From contig CAVBUH010000073.1 of the NCBI GenBank assembly GCA_963598415.1, positions 131,669 through 195,668 on the forward strand: a DNA stretch of 64,000 nt, in the 5' to 3' direction. Below the pieces are notes generated by a model. It made no database searches. It had not been told where the DNA came from and saw only the letters and a program-made list of their open reading frames with translations. The DNA is from Selenomonadaceae bacterium (GTDB lineage Bacteria > Bacillota > Clostridia > Oscillospirales > CAG-272). Each line of letters starts with the position of its first letter. Position 1 is the stretch's first letter. A program made the position numbers and the translations under genes. This document shows positions 9,433 through 18,621 of the stretch, piece by piece.

Positions 9433-9516
9433 TCATTTTTTCGGCAGGACAACGAAAAATGGTAAATTGGACGTTTTTGACCGTCCCTATTTGATTTTTG
9501 TGCTTTTTCAAAGTCA

Positions 9517-9579
9517 GGATTATGAATTTTGTCCGCAAAGCCCGCCTTCGCGGAGCTTTGCACGTTAGTGCAATAGCCC
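9517..9579 (+). repeat. fragment related to the Z module
   Basis: GGATTATGAATTT...CCGCAAAGCCCGCCTTCGCGGAGC...GCACGTTAGTGC resembles the 3' part of the Z module at 38120..38210 and 60700..60800. Confidence 0.4.
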
Positions 9580-9634
9580 AATTATACTCCGGCAGGGTTG
9601 TTTTAAAATTTACATTTACTTTTTGTATTTTGAA

Positions 9635-9663
9635 TTGACAAATGTTATATTGTGTGATATAAT
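9635..9663 (+). promoter_or_regulatory. sigma-A promoter for the DeoR/2-oxoacid dehydrogenase genes
   Basis: TTGACA-17 nt-TATAAT with a TG extension. Confidence 0.65.
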
Positions 9664-9752
9664 GACATTGATTTTGTTAAAATAAACATCACTCGGATAT
9701 TGCATAACTAATTATATGAATCACAAAAAATAGTGTAAAGGACGGACGGAAA

Positions 9753-10517
9753 ATGAGTTCCCCGAGAAGAAATGAAATACGAGAGCTTTTGCAGACCAAG
9801 CCGTTTATTTCCCTGCATGATCTTGAAGCAATGTTCCCGGATGTATCAAGCATGACACTGCGTCGTGATATCGAGTATTTTGAAAAACAGGGCGAAGCGA
9901 TAAAGGTTCGCGGAGGCGCTCGCTCCATGAAATTCATTACTACTTCCATGGAGGATGCTTTCAACCTCAGGCTTCATGAGAATGCTGGGGCGAAGGAAAA
10001 GGTTGCTCGCCGCGCGCTGTCTCTGCTTGAAACGGGAAGATCGATATTTCTTGATTCCGGCACAACGGTGCTGAGACTTGCCGAGATGCTTCCCGATGAT
10101 CGTATTACTGTGACAACAACCGGTCTTAATGTTGCAATCGAGCTTATGAAGAAGGATCTTCCAATTGTGAATATTGTCGGAGGTATGATTAACCGTGATA
10201 ATATTACGGTTTCCGGGAATCAGTCGATAAGCTTTATCGAAAGTATAAATATTGATCTTGCTTTTATTGTTCCCTCTGGAGTTTCAGCTAAGGATGGTCT
10301 TACCTGCGGAAATTATATTGAATGCGAGTTAAAAAAGCTGGTTGTCCAAAAGGCACGGAAGGTAGTGCTTCTTATGGACAGCTCCAAGCTGAATAAAAGC
10401 CTGCCCTATACTTTTTGTTCTATCGATGATATCGATTGCATTATATCCGATGAGGAGCTTCCCTACGATATTACCGAACGTGCACAGCGTGCGGGAATAT
10501 CGATACTTACCGCATAA
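9753..10517 (+). CDS. DeoR family transcriptional regulator
   Basis: 254 aa. N-terminal HTH (ISLHDLEAMFPDVSSMTLRRDIEYFE) plus DeoR C-terminal sugar-binding-type domain. Confidence 0.9.
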   Translation: MSSPRRNEIRELLQTKPFISLHDLEAMFPDVSSMTLRRDIEYFEKQGEAIKVRGGARSMKFITTSMEDAFNLRLHENAGAKEKVARRALSLLETGRSIFLDSGTTVLRLAEMLPDDRITVTTTGLNVAIELMKKDLPIVNIVGGMINRDNITVSGNQSISFIESINIDLAFIVPSGVSAKDGLTCGNYIECELKKLVVQKARKVVLLMDSSKLNKSLPYTFCSIDDIDCIISDEELPYDITERAQRAGISILTA

Positions 10518-10588
10518 ATCGCCGTTGGCGTTTTATATATTTTTTAAATTATTACTCATTGTTTTTAAATGATTAAGGAGGAATTTCA

Positions 10589-11896
10589 ATGGCACAGGTT
10601 GTTATTATGCCCCGTCAGGGACAAAGCGTTGAAAGCTGTGTTATCACCGAGTGGAAGAAAAAAGTCGGAGATAAAGTCGCGGTTAAGGACGTGCTTTTTT
10701 CCTACGAGACTGACAAATCATCATTTGACGAGCTTTCCGAGACAGAAGGAACGCTGCTTGCTGTTTTTGCTGAGGAGGGAGACGATGTTGAATGCCTGCG
10801 TCCGGTCTGTGTGATCGGAAATGAAGGAGAAGATATATCTGCTCTTATTCCGAAGGAAGAGGCTGCTTCTTCCGCCGCACCGGAGGAGAAAAAAACACCG
10901 GAGGAGCCCGTGAAGGAGACTGTCTCTGTACCGGCGTCCGTTTCCAAGGCTGTTTCCGACGCTGCTGTGGCTGACGATGGTAGATTGAAAATATCGCCGA
11001 GAGCCAGACATCTTGCAGAGCGCACCGACGCGGATCTTTCACGTGCGGTTCCTACCGGTCCTAACGGAAGAATTATTGAGCGTGATGTAAACGCTTTGCT
11101 TGATAAAGGCTTTACCAACGCAGGAAAAGCGGTTGAAGAGGCAAAGGCAGCGGAGATGCCTGCTGCGGCGCCCGCAGCAGCGCCTGCTACGGCTCAGACG
11201 GCTTCCGAATATACCGATGTAAAGCTTCCCAATATCAGAAAAGTCATTGCGAAATCCATGCATGCGTCGCTGTCCAATATGGCACAGCTTACGCTAAATT
11301 CCTCCTTCGACGCAACTCAGGTTATGGCATATCGCGCGCTTCTTAAAGCAAATGCCGAGAAGCTTGGTATGAGTAATATCACTCTGAACGATATCGTTTT
11401 GTATGCGGTTGCTAAAACGCTTCCGATGTTTAAGGATTTGAATGCTCATTATCTTGATGATAAGGATGTTATTCGTTATTTCAATACCGTTAACCTCGGA
11501 ATCGCGGTTGATACCGAGCGCGGATTGCTGGTTCCCACCGTGTTTGGCGCGGAGAAGCTTTCACTTAACGATCTTGCCAGAGAGGCAAAGAGCGTTATTA
11601 CCGCTGCTCAGAAGGGACAGATTTCTCCCGATAAACTGAAGGGGGCTTCCTTTACTGTTACAAACCTCGGAGCTATGGGAATTGAGAGCTTTACTCCTGT
11701 TGTGAATCCTCCTCAAACCGGTATCCTCGGTGTAGGTTCCATTATGTATCGTCTTAAGTCCGACGGAAGTACTTATCCGGCAATGGGGCTGTCGCTTACC
11801 TTTGATCACCGTGCGCTTGACGGTGCGCCGGCAGCTAAGTTCCTTAAGGCTTTGTGCGATAATCTTGCAAATTTCAATTTACTTCTTGCTAAATAA
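10589..11896 (+). CDS. 2-oxoacid dehydrogenase E2 (dihydrolipoamide acyltransferase)
   Basis: 435 aa. Lipoyl domain with ETDKSSF lipoyl-lysine motif, Ala/Pro linkers, catalytic FDHRALDG. Confidence 0.92.
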   Translation: MAQVVIMPRQGQSVESCVITEWKKKVGDKVAVKDVLFSYETDKSSFDELSETEGTLLAVFAEEGDDVECLRPVCVIGNEGEDISALIPKEEAASSAAPEEKKTPEEPVKETVSVPASVSKAVSDAAVADDGRLKISPRARHLAERTDADLSRAVPTGPNGRIIERDVNALLDKGFTNAGKAVEEAKAAEMPAAAPAAAPATAQTASEYTDVKLPNIRKVIAKSMHASLSNMAQLTLNSSFDATQVMAYRALLKANAEKLGMSNITLNDIVLYAVAKTLPMFKDLNAHYLDDKDVIRYFNTVNLGIAVDTERGLLVPTVFGAEKLSLNDLAREAKSVITAAQKGQISPDKLKGASFTVTNLGAMGIESFTPVVNPPQTGILGVGSIMYRLKSDGSTYPAMGLSLTFDHRALDGAPAAKFLKALCDNLANFNLLLAK

Positions 11897-11918
11897 TGAA
11901 AGGTAGCGGTGATATTTA

Positions 11919-13280
11919 ATGTACGATCTTATCATTCTCGGCGGAGGTCCCGCCGGATACAATGCGGCGGAAAGAGCCGCTCACGGAGGGCTTAAAACTC
12001 TTCTTATCGAAGGCAGAGCGCTCGGCGGCGTTTGCCTCAACGAAGGCTGTGTGCCTACCAAGACGCTTCTTTATTCCGCAAAAATTTTCGACTATGCCAA
12101 GCACAGCGCGGAGTATGGCGTAAAATTTGACGGCGCTTCTATTGACCATTCCGCCGTTATCGACAGAAAAGGCAGAGTTGTAAAGACCCTTGTCGGAGGA
12201 ATCGGCGCTTCTATGAAGAGAGCCGGCGTTGAAGTCGTAAATGCCTACGGGGAGATTCTCGGCAGAGATTCCGAGGGCTTTACGGTAAAGGCGGGAGACA
12301 AAGAGTACAAGGGCACCAAGCTTCTGATTTGTACCGGATCAGTAGCGGCGGTTCCCCCGATTCCCGGCTTGCGTGAGGCGGTTGCTTCCGGCTTTGCGAT
12401 GACCAACCGCGAAATTCTGGATATGAAGAAGGTTCCGGAAAAGCTTGTTGTTATCGGCGGCGGCGTTATCGGACTTGAAATGGCTTCCTACTTTAATTCT
12501 ATCGGTACCAAGGTTACGGTAATCGAAATGCTTGACCATATTGCCGGTCCCACCGACAGTGAAATCAGCAAAATTCTATATAAGAATTATGTCAAAAAGG
12601 GTGTTGAGTTCCTCCTCGGAGCAAAGGTTACCTCTGTCGGAACCGATTGTGTAAATTATGAACTCGGCGGAAAAGAGCAGAGCGCCAAGGCTGACGCAGT
12701 GCTCGTTTCGATTGGAAGACGTGCTATGACGCAGGGAATCGGACTTGAAAGCATCGGCGTTCTTACCGAAAGAGGCGCGATCGTAACCAATGACAGACTT
12801 GAGACAAATGTTGCCAATGTTTGGGCTGCCGGAGATGTAAACGGGAAATCAATGCTTGCGCATACCGCTTACCGCGAAGGTGAAGTCGCTGTTAACAATA
12901 TGCTCGGAAAGCCGGACAGAATGAATTATAACTCTGTTCCTGCGGTGATATATACCAATCCTGAAGTGGCTTCTGTCGGAGAAACCTCGGAAACCGTTAA
13001 AGCTAAGGGACTTGACGCAAAGGTCGAAAGCTTTACCCTCAAATACAGCGGACGCTATATTGCCGAAAACGAAGGCGGTGACGGTATCGTTAAGCTCATT
13101 ATCGATAAGGAGCACCGTAAGGTTATCGGTGTACATATGATCGGTAACTACGCTTCCGAAATTATATACGGGGCAGCGCTGATGGTTGACCGCGAGATGA
13201 GAGTGGAGCAGGTTCAGAAGATTGTCTTCCCGCATCCTACCGTCGGTGAGGTTATCAGAGAAGCTATGTTTATGATTTGA
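11919..13280 (+). CDS. lpdA: dihydrolipoyl dehydrogenase (E3)
   Basis: 453 aa. GGGPAGY FAD motif and redox disulfide GGVCLNEGCVPTK. Confidence 0.95.
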   Translation: MYDLIILGGGPAGYNAAERAAHGGLKTLLIEGRALGGVCLNEGCVPTKTLLYSAKIFDYAKHSAEYGVKFDGASIDHSAVIDRKGRVVKTLVGGIGASMKRAGVEVVNAYGEILGRDSEGFTVKAGDKEYKGTKLLICTGSVAAVPPIPGLREAVASGFAMTNREILDMKKVPEKLVVIGGGVIGLEMASYFNSIGTKVTVIEMLDHIAGPTDSEISKILYKNYVKKGVEFLLGAKVTSVGTDCVNYELGGKEQSAKADAVLVSIGRRAMTQGIGLESIGVLTERGAIVTNDRLETNVANVWAAGDVNGKSMLAHTAYREGEVAVNNMLGKPDRMNYNSVPAVIYTNPEVASVGETSETVKAKGLDAKVESFTLKYSGRYIAENEGGDGIVKLIIDKEHRKVIGVHMIGNYASEIIYGAALMVDREMRVEQVQKIVFPHPTVGEVIREAMFMI

Positions 13281-13317
13281 AAATGTAAAATAAAACAGTA
13301 ATAAGGAGATAAAAATC

Positions 13318-15804
13318 ATGCCAAAGAGTCAATTTGTAGATCCCAAAAAAGCCTTTGAATCCGGTTATATTCATTTTACCGATATTCCGGTATGCCAGTA
13401 TAATAAAACCTTAGAGGAAGAGAAAGCTCTCTACAGTAAAGAGGATTTCATGCGTATCTATCGCGACATGGCAATCATTCGCGAGTTTGAAACCATGCTC
13501 AATGAGGTTAAGGTAAAGAGCGAATATAACGGCGTTAAGTATAATAACCCCGGTCCTGCTCACCTTTCGATAGGGCAGGAGGCTTCCGCGGTCGGTGAGG
13601 CCTACAGTCTTGATATCAACGACTATTCCTTTGGTTCCCACAGAAGCCATGGCGAAATCCTTGCAAAGGGCCTTTCTTCCATTCATAAGCTTGACGACAA
13701 AGAACTGTATGATATTATGAAAGAATTTCTCGACGGTTCTGTTCTGAATGTTGTCGAGAAGCATATGAATGCCGGCGGAAATGTAAAGGAGCTTGCTATA
13801 AACTTCCTTCTTTACGGCGCTCTTGCCGAGATTTTTGCCCGTACAACCGGATTTAACCGCGGTCTCGGCGGATCTATGCACGCGTTCTTTATTCCTTTCG
13901 GACTTATGCCAAACAACGCTATTGTCGGTGCGTCTGCTCCGATCGCTCTCGGAGCTGCGCTTTATAAGAGAGCCAATCATAAGCCCGGTATCGTGGTTTC
14001 CAACTGCGGCGACGGCGCAACCGGACGCGGACCTGTTCTTGAGTCCTTTAACTTTGCCTCTATGGATCAGATTACCAAGCTTTGGGGCATGAACGGCAAG
14101 TACAGCGACGGCGGTATGCCGATTCTCTTCAATGTATTCAACAATCACTACGGAATGGGCGGACAGACACGTGGAGAGACAATGGGCTTTGATATGGTAG
14201 CCCGTCTCGGAGCAGGCTTCAATCCCGACCAGATGCATGCTGAGCGCGTAAACGGATATGATCCGCTTGCCGTTATTGACGCGGTTTCGAGAAAGAAGCA
14301 GCTTCTCCTTGAGGGCAAAGGTCCCGCACTTCTTGACGTCGTAACCTACCGTGTATCAGGACATTCGCCTTCTGATTCCTCTACCTACCGTACTCAGGAG
14401 GAGATTGAAGCATGGAAGGCGGCAGATCCGATTCTTGCCTTCAAGAGTAAGCTTATTCTCGGCGGAATTGCTACCGAAAACGAAATTTCGACTCTCAATG
14501 AAGAAATCACGAATCGTATGACAGAGATTATGAAGCTTGCTATCAATGATGAAATTTCTCCCAGAATGGATCTGAACAAGGATCCCGATGCCATTGCTTC
14601 CATAATGTTCTCCAATCAGAAGGTTGTAAGCATGGATCCTTCCAGAGAAGCCGAAATGCTTATGCCTAAAGAAGAGTGTCCGAGAGTAAAGGACATTGCG
14701 GGTAAAGTCCGTAAGGCTACCGATGATAACGGAAAGCCGGTTTCCAAGATGAAGATGTACAACATCTGCGACGGTCTTTTCGAGCCGATTATCGATAAAT
14801 ATTATGATGATCCTACGCTTATTGCCTATGGTGAGGATAACCGTGATTGGGGCGGCGCATTCGGCGTATACAAGAAGATGACCGAGGCGGTTCCTTATCA
14901 CAGATTCTTTAATTCACCTATTTCCGAGTCCGCTATTGTCGGATCGGCGGTTGGCTACGCAATGTGCGGCGGACGCGCGATTGTAGAGCTTATGTATGCA
15001 GACTTTATCGGATGCGCGGGCGATGAAATTTTCAACCAGATGGCTAAATGGCAGGCCATGTCCGCCGGAATTCTTAAGATGCCGATCATCCTTCGTGTTT
15101 CCGTCGGTTCTAAATACGGCGCACAGCATTCTCAGGATTGGACTGCTCTTACTGCACATATTCCCGGACTTAAGGTCGTATTCCCGGCAACTCCTTCCGA
15201 TGCAAAGGGACTTATGACAAGCGCTCTTGACGGAACGGATCCGGTTGTCTTCTTTGAATCACAGAGAATTTACGGAATCGGCGAGCAGTTCCTTCCCGAC
15301 GGTGTTCCCACAGGTCATTACGAGGTTAAGCTCGGCGATCCCGATGTTAAGAAAGTCGGTAAGGATGTAACCATTCTTACAATCGGCGCTGTTCTTTACA
15401 GAGCTCTTGACGCTGCTAAGACGCTTGAAGAAAAATACGGAATTTCGGCAGAAATTATTGATGCGCGTTCTATCGTTCCGTTTGATTACAGCAAGGTTAT
15501 CGAGTCTGTTAAGAAGACCGGAAAGATTCTCATTGTGGGCGATGCCTGCGAGCGCGGATCTGTTATGAAGGATATGGCGGCCAATATTCAGGAATTTGCT
15601 TTTGATTATCTTGACGCTCCCGCTGTTGCTCTCGGATCCCGCAATTGGATCACACCTGCCCATGAGCTTGAGGAGGCTTTCTTCCCCTATCCGGATGCTA
15701 TCATTGATGCGATCCATGAGAAGCTTATTCCGATCCCGGGATATGTTCCTACTCATGACTACTCTGATATAGAGAAAATCGAGAGAGCCAAGAAGGGACT
15801 TTGA
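13318..15804 (+). CDS. 2-oxoacid dehydrogenase E1 component, fused alpha and beta subunits (TPP-dependent)
   Basis: 828 aa. N-terminal half has the TPP motif GDGATGRGPVLESFNFA. C-terminal half is a transketolase-like pyrimidine-binding plus C-terminal domain. Confidence 0.9.
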   Translation: MPKSQFVDPKKAFESGYIHFTDIPVCQYNKTLEEEKALYSKEDFMRIYRDMAIIREFETMLNEVKVKSEYNGVKYNNPGPAHLSIGQEASAVGEAYSLDINDYSFGSHRSHGEILAKGLSSIHKLDDKELYDIMKEFLDGSVLNVVEKHMNAGGNVKELAINFLLYGALAEIFARTTGFNRGLGGSMHAFFIPFGLMPNNAIVGASAPIALGAALYKRANHKPGIVVSNCGDGATGRGPVLESFNFASMDQITKLWGMNGKYSDGGMPILFNVFNNHYGMGGQTRGETMGFDMVARLGAGFNPDQMHAERVNGYDPLAVIDAVSRKKQLLLEGKGPALLDVVTYRVSGHSPSDSSTYRTQEEIEAWKAADPILAFKSKLILGGIATENEISTLNEEITNRMTEIMKLAINDEISPRMDLNKDPDAIASIMFSNQKVVSMDPSREAEMLMPKEECPRVKDIAGKVRKATDDNGKPVSKMKMYNICDGLFEPIIDKYYDDPTLIAYGEDNRDWGGAFGVYKKMTEAVPYHRFFNSPISESAIVGSAVGYAMCGGRAIVELMYADFIGCAGDEIFNQMAKWQAMSAGILKMPIILRVSVGSKYGAQHSQDWTALTAHIPGLKVVFPATPSDAKGLMTSALDGTDPVVFFESQRIYGIGEQFLPDGVPTGHYEVKLGDPDVKKVGKDVTILTIGAVLYRALDAAKTLEEKYGISAEIIDARSIVPFDYSKVIESVKKTGKILIVGDACERGSVMKDMAANIQEFAFDYLDAPAVALGSRNWITPAHELEEAFFPYPDAIIDAIHEKLIPIPGYVPTHDYSDIEKIERAKKGL

Positions 15805-15828
15805 TCTCAGCTTCTTAGACATTTTGTC

Positions 15829-16005
15829 TTAAGGCAGCACTGTGCAGTCACGGCTTGCTCCTTGATGGCATTCTGCTTGCCTGTTTCCCGTCAACTTCAC
15901 AGTTTTTGTTGGCATAGGGGCCCGCTCCTGTTTCCTCAATTTGTATCGTTTGACGAAAAATAGATCGTGCAGCTGTATTGTCAAAAACTGGCAGTATTGC
16001 CTTAA
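15829..16005 (+). repeat. TTAAGG-terminus repeat, full-length copy (subfamily 2)
   Basis: TTAAGGCAGCACTG...GGCAGTATTGCCTTAA. Lies between the E1 stop codon and the operon terminator. Confidence 0.85.
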
Positions 16006-16006
16006 A

Positions 16007-16046
16007 AGTGCTTTTCCCGTTTTTTTCGGGAGAAGCACTTTTTTTA
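16007..16046 (+). terminator. Rho-independent terminator of the 2-oxoacid dehydrogenase operon
   Basis: AGTGCTTTTCCCG-TTTTTTT-CGGGAGAAGCACT followed by TTTTTTT. Confidence 0.8.
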
Positions 16047-16056
16047 TTCGGTATTA

Positions 16057-16085
16057 TTGCAAAATCGCTATAAAAAGGTTATAAT
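16057..16085 (+). promoter_or_regulatory. sigma-A promoter for the LysR gene
   Basis: TTGCAA-17 nt-TATAAT. Confidence 0.55.
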
Positions 16086-16135
16086 ATTCTCAGGGTATTT
16101 TTTGATATACAGCGTATCGAAATCGGAGGCAAGAC

Positions 16136-17062
16136 ATGAATATCATATATTTGAAATATGCTGTTGAGGTAGCGAAAACCTGCTCGATAAGCAAAGCAGC
16201 GGAAAATCTGTATATGGGACAGCCGAATTTGAGCCGAGCAATAAGAGAGCTTGAAGAATCCCTGGGGCTGACAATATTTGTACGTTCTCCCCACGGCGTT
16301 AAAACCACACCGGAGGGTGAGGAATTTCTCTCCTATGCGAAGAATATTCTGCGGCAGATAGATGAGGTGGAAGCGGTTTATACTCAGGGGAAAAAGCACA
16401 GGAAGACTTTTTCGGTATCGGTTCCCCGTTCAAGCTATATATCTTATGCCTTTTCGGAATTTGCCTCAAAGCTGACGGAAGTATCGCCGGTCGATCTTTT
16501 TTATAAAGAAACCAACGCGCAGAGGGCGATTAACAATGTCATAGACGGGGGCTATAATCTTGGTATTATCAGGTTTCAAACAGGATATGAGCAATATTTT
16601 GAACAGCTTTTGCGTGAAAAAGAACTAAATTCCGAGCTTATTTCGGAGTTTTCATATTTCCTTCTCATGTCCGAAGAGCATCCTCTTGCGGGAAAGGAGA
16701 ATATCAGCTATGACGATCTCTCTCACTATACGGAAATTGCTCATGCCGACCCCTATGTTCCGTCTATATCGATGGCTACGGTAAGAAAGGAAGAGCTTCC
16801 TGATATTACAGAACGTCGTATTTTTGTTTTTGAGCGGGCAAGTCAGTTTGATTTGCTTTCAAAGGTTCCGGAAACTTTTATGTGGGTTTCTCCGATTCCT
16901 GACGGACTGCTTGAAAAATACCGACTGATACAGAAGCGCTGTGTAAACAATACCAAGCTTTATCGCGATATGCTGATATACAAAAAATCGTATAAGCTTT
17001 CCGAGCTTGATAAGGATTTTATAACAGAAGTGGTCAGAGCCAAAAGACTTTATTTGAAATGA
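16136..17062 (+). CDS. LysR family transcriptional regulator
   Basis: 308 aa. N-terminal HTH (ISKAAENLYMGQPNLSRAIRELEESLG). Confidence 0.9.
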   Translation: MNIIYLKYAVEVAKTCSISKAAENLYMGQPNLSRAIRELEESLGLTIFVRSPHGVKTTPEGEEFLSYAKNILRQIDEVEAVYTQGKKHRKTFSVSVPRSSYISYAFSEFASKLTEVSPVDLFYKETNAQRAINNVIDGGYNLGIIRFQTGYEQYFEQLLREKELNSELISEFSYFLLMSEEHPLAGKENISYDDLSHYTEIAHADPYVPSISMATVRKEELPDITERRIFVFERASQFDLLSKVPETFMWVSPIPDGLLEKYRLIQKRCVNNTKLYRDMLIYKKSYKLSELDKDFITEVVRAKRLYLK

Positions 17063-17107
17063 AAAACTATATATTTTTGGATATATATCTATATGCCTAT
17101 TAAGCAT

Positions 17108-17136
17108 ATCACAGCAGTGAATGATTGTGATATAAT
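17108..17136 (+). promoter_or_regulatory. candidate promoter of the kinase-hydS-hydA operon
   Basis: ATCACA-17 nt-TGaTATAAT (extended -10). Leaves a leader of about 125 nt. Confidence 0.45.
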
Positions 17137-17267
17137 AATATCGGAGAAGAATTGGTTGTCGTCTCGATTTGCGGCATCCTGAGTGCTCTCACAGGTAAGA
17201 CAGCATAACGGATTGCTGATTGTATCTCTTGGTTCCCGGATTATGCGCAACAGAAAGGATTGGTTAC

Positions 17268-18023
17268 ATGAATCTTGACAGAATTATCGCAGTCAGAAAC
17301 AATAAGACGGTTTTCAGAGACGGAGCCCGTGTTATAAAGGTTTTTGATAGCGATTTTACAAAGGCGGAAATATTAAGCGAGGCTCTTAATCAGGCGTTGG
17401 TTGAGGAGACGGGGCTTCATATTCCGGGAATTATTGAGGTAACTTCCGTGGACGGAAAATGGGCAATCGTTTCGGAATATATAAAAGGAAAAACTCTTGC
17501 TCAGCTTATGAAGGAAAATCCTTCGGAAAAAGATAGTTATATTTCTCTCATGGTAAAGCTGCAGACGGATATATTTTTGAAAACAGTGCCTACGCTTCCC
17601 AAGCTTCGGGACAAGCTGCACCGGAAAATATGCGAGGCAAAGCTTGACGCAACAGTCAGATTTGACCTGCATAATCGGCTTGACGCTATGCCGAAGCATA
17701 CCGAGCTGTGTCATGGGGATTTCAATCCCTCGAATATTACGATTGCAGAGGACGGCGTGCCCTATATTCTCGATTGGTCTCACGCTGCAGCGGGAGATGC
17801 TGCTGCCGATGTCGCACAGACTTATTTTATGCTTCTTTATGAAGGAGACAGCGGAGCGGCGGAAAAATATCTTGACCTTATTTGTTCCCAAGGCGGTATG
17901 GACAGAGAATATATAAAGAGATGGTTCCCGATTGTGGCGGCGGCCGATTCCGTAAGAGGCATGCCGGAGGAAAAAGAATTCTATTATAAGTGGGCAACGA
18001 ATTTAAAAATCGGGGAGGAATAG
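17268..18023 (+). CDS. APH/choline-kinase-fold phosphotransferase
   Basis: Catalytic loop HGDFNPSNI and ILDWSHA motif. Start set at ATG 17268, preceded by GAAAGGA. Confidence 0.75.
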   Translation: MNLDRIIAVRNNKTVFRDGARVIKVFDSDFTKAEILSEALNQALVEETGLHIPGIIEVTSVDGKWAIVSEYIKGKTLAQLMKENPSEKDSYISLMVKLQTDIFLKTVPTLPKLRDKLHRKICEAKLDATVRFDLHNRLDAMPKHTELCHGDFNPSNITIAEDGVPYILDWSHAAAGDAAADVAQTYFMLLYEGDSGAAEKYLDLICSQGGMDREYIKRWFPIVAAADSVRGMPEEKEFYYKWATNLKIGEE

Positions 18024-18029
18024 AACGGG

Positions 18030-18269
18030 ATGAAAATAACAGTATGCATCGGAAGCTCCTGTCATCTCAAGGGTTCAAGGCAGGTAGTGGAAGTATTTCA
18101 GCGCCTTATTGCCGAAAACGGTCTTAAGGACAGAGTAGAGCTTAACGGAACCTTTTGTATGGGAGATTGCCGCTGCGGAGTTTGTATTACGATCGACGGC
18201 GAAAGGCTGTCGGTAAGTCCAGACACTGCCGAAGCGGTTTTTAACGAAAGAGTTCTTGCCGGGCTATAA
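18030..18269 (+). CDS. thioredoxin-like [2Fe-2S] ferredoxin (NuoE/HydC-like)
   Basis: 79 aa. Cys pattern CIGSSC...CMGDC (C-x4-C ... C-x3-C). Confidence 0.7.
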   Translation: MKITVCIGSSCHLKGSRQVVEVFQRLIAENGLKDRVELNGTFCMGDCRCGVCITIDGERLSVSPDTAEAVFNERVLAGL

Positions 18270-18307
18270 AGTGGGAACCGATTTTTGATTATTCAGAGGA
18301 AAAGAAT

Positions 18308-18565
18308 ATGATGATTATCATGATTTGCGTAGGAAGCTCCTGTTGTCTGAAGGGCTCCTACGAGTTGATCGAGCTTTTCAAGGCGGCAATTGCGTCTTAT
18401 GCGCTTGATGACGAAGTCACGCTCGCCGGCAATTTCTGCACCGGAAATTGCAATAGGGTGGGGGTGACAATACAGATAGATGATAAAATATATACGGGAA
18501 TAACCCCGGCGGGTTTTGACGTCTTTTTTAAAGAGCACGTTCTCAAACCTCTCGGAAGAGTTTGA
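18308..18565 (+). CDS. thioredoxin-like [2Fe-2S] ferredoxin (second copy)
   Basis: 85 aa paralog of 18030..18269 with CVGSSC...CTGNC. Confidence 0.7.
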   Translation: MMIIMICVGSSCCLKGSYELIELFKAAIASYALDDEVTLAGNFCTGNCNRVGVTIQIDDKIYTGITPAGFDVFFKEHVLKPLGRV

Positions 18566-18621
18566 AGTGAAAAAGAGGGAGAAAGTCCCCGGATTTTGGC
18601 GGCGAAAGGAGATGTTTATCG

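Noticed and set aside
13411-14238. Long antisense ORFs inside well-supported genes (13411..14238, 18994..19998, 21206..22051, 44061..44768, 59733..60347 and similar)
   Set aside because: They lie fully within, and opposite to, genes with strong family motifs. No RBS. These are typical shadow ORFs.
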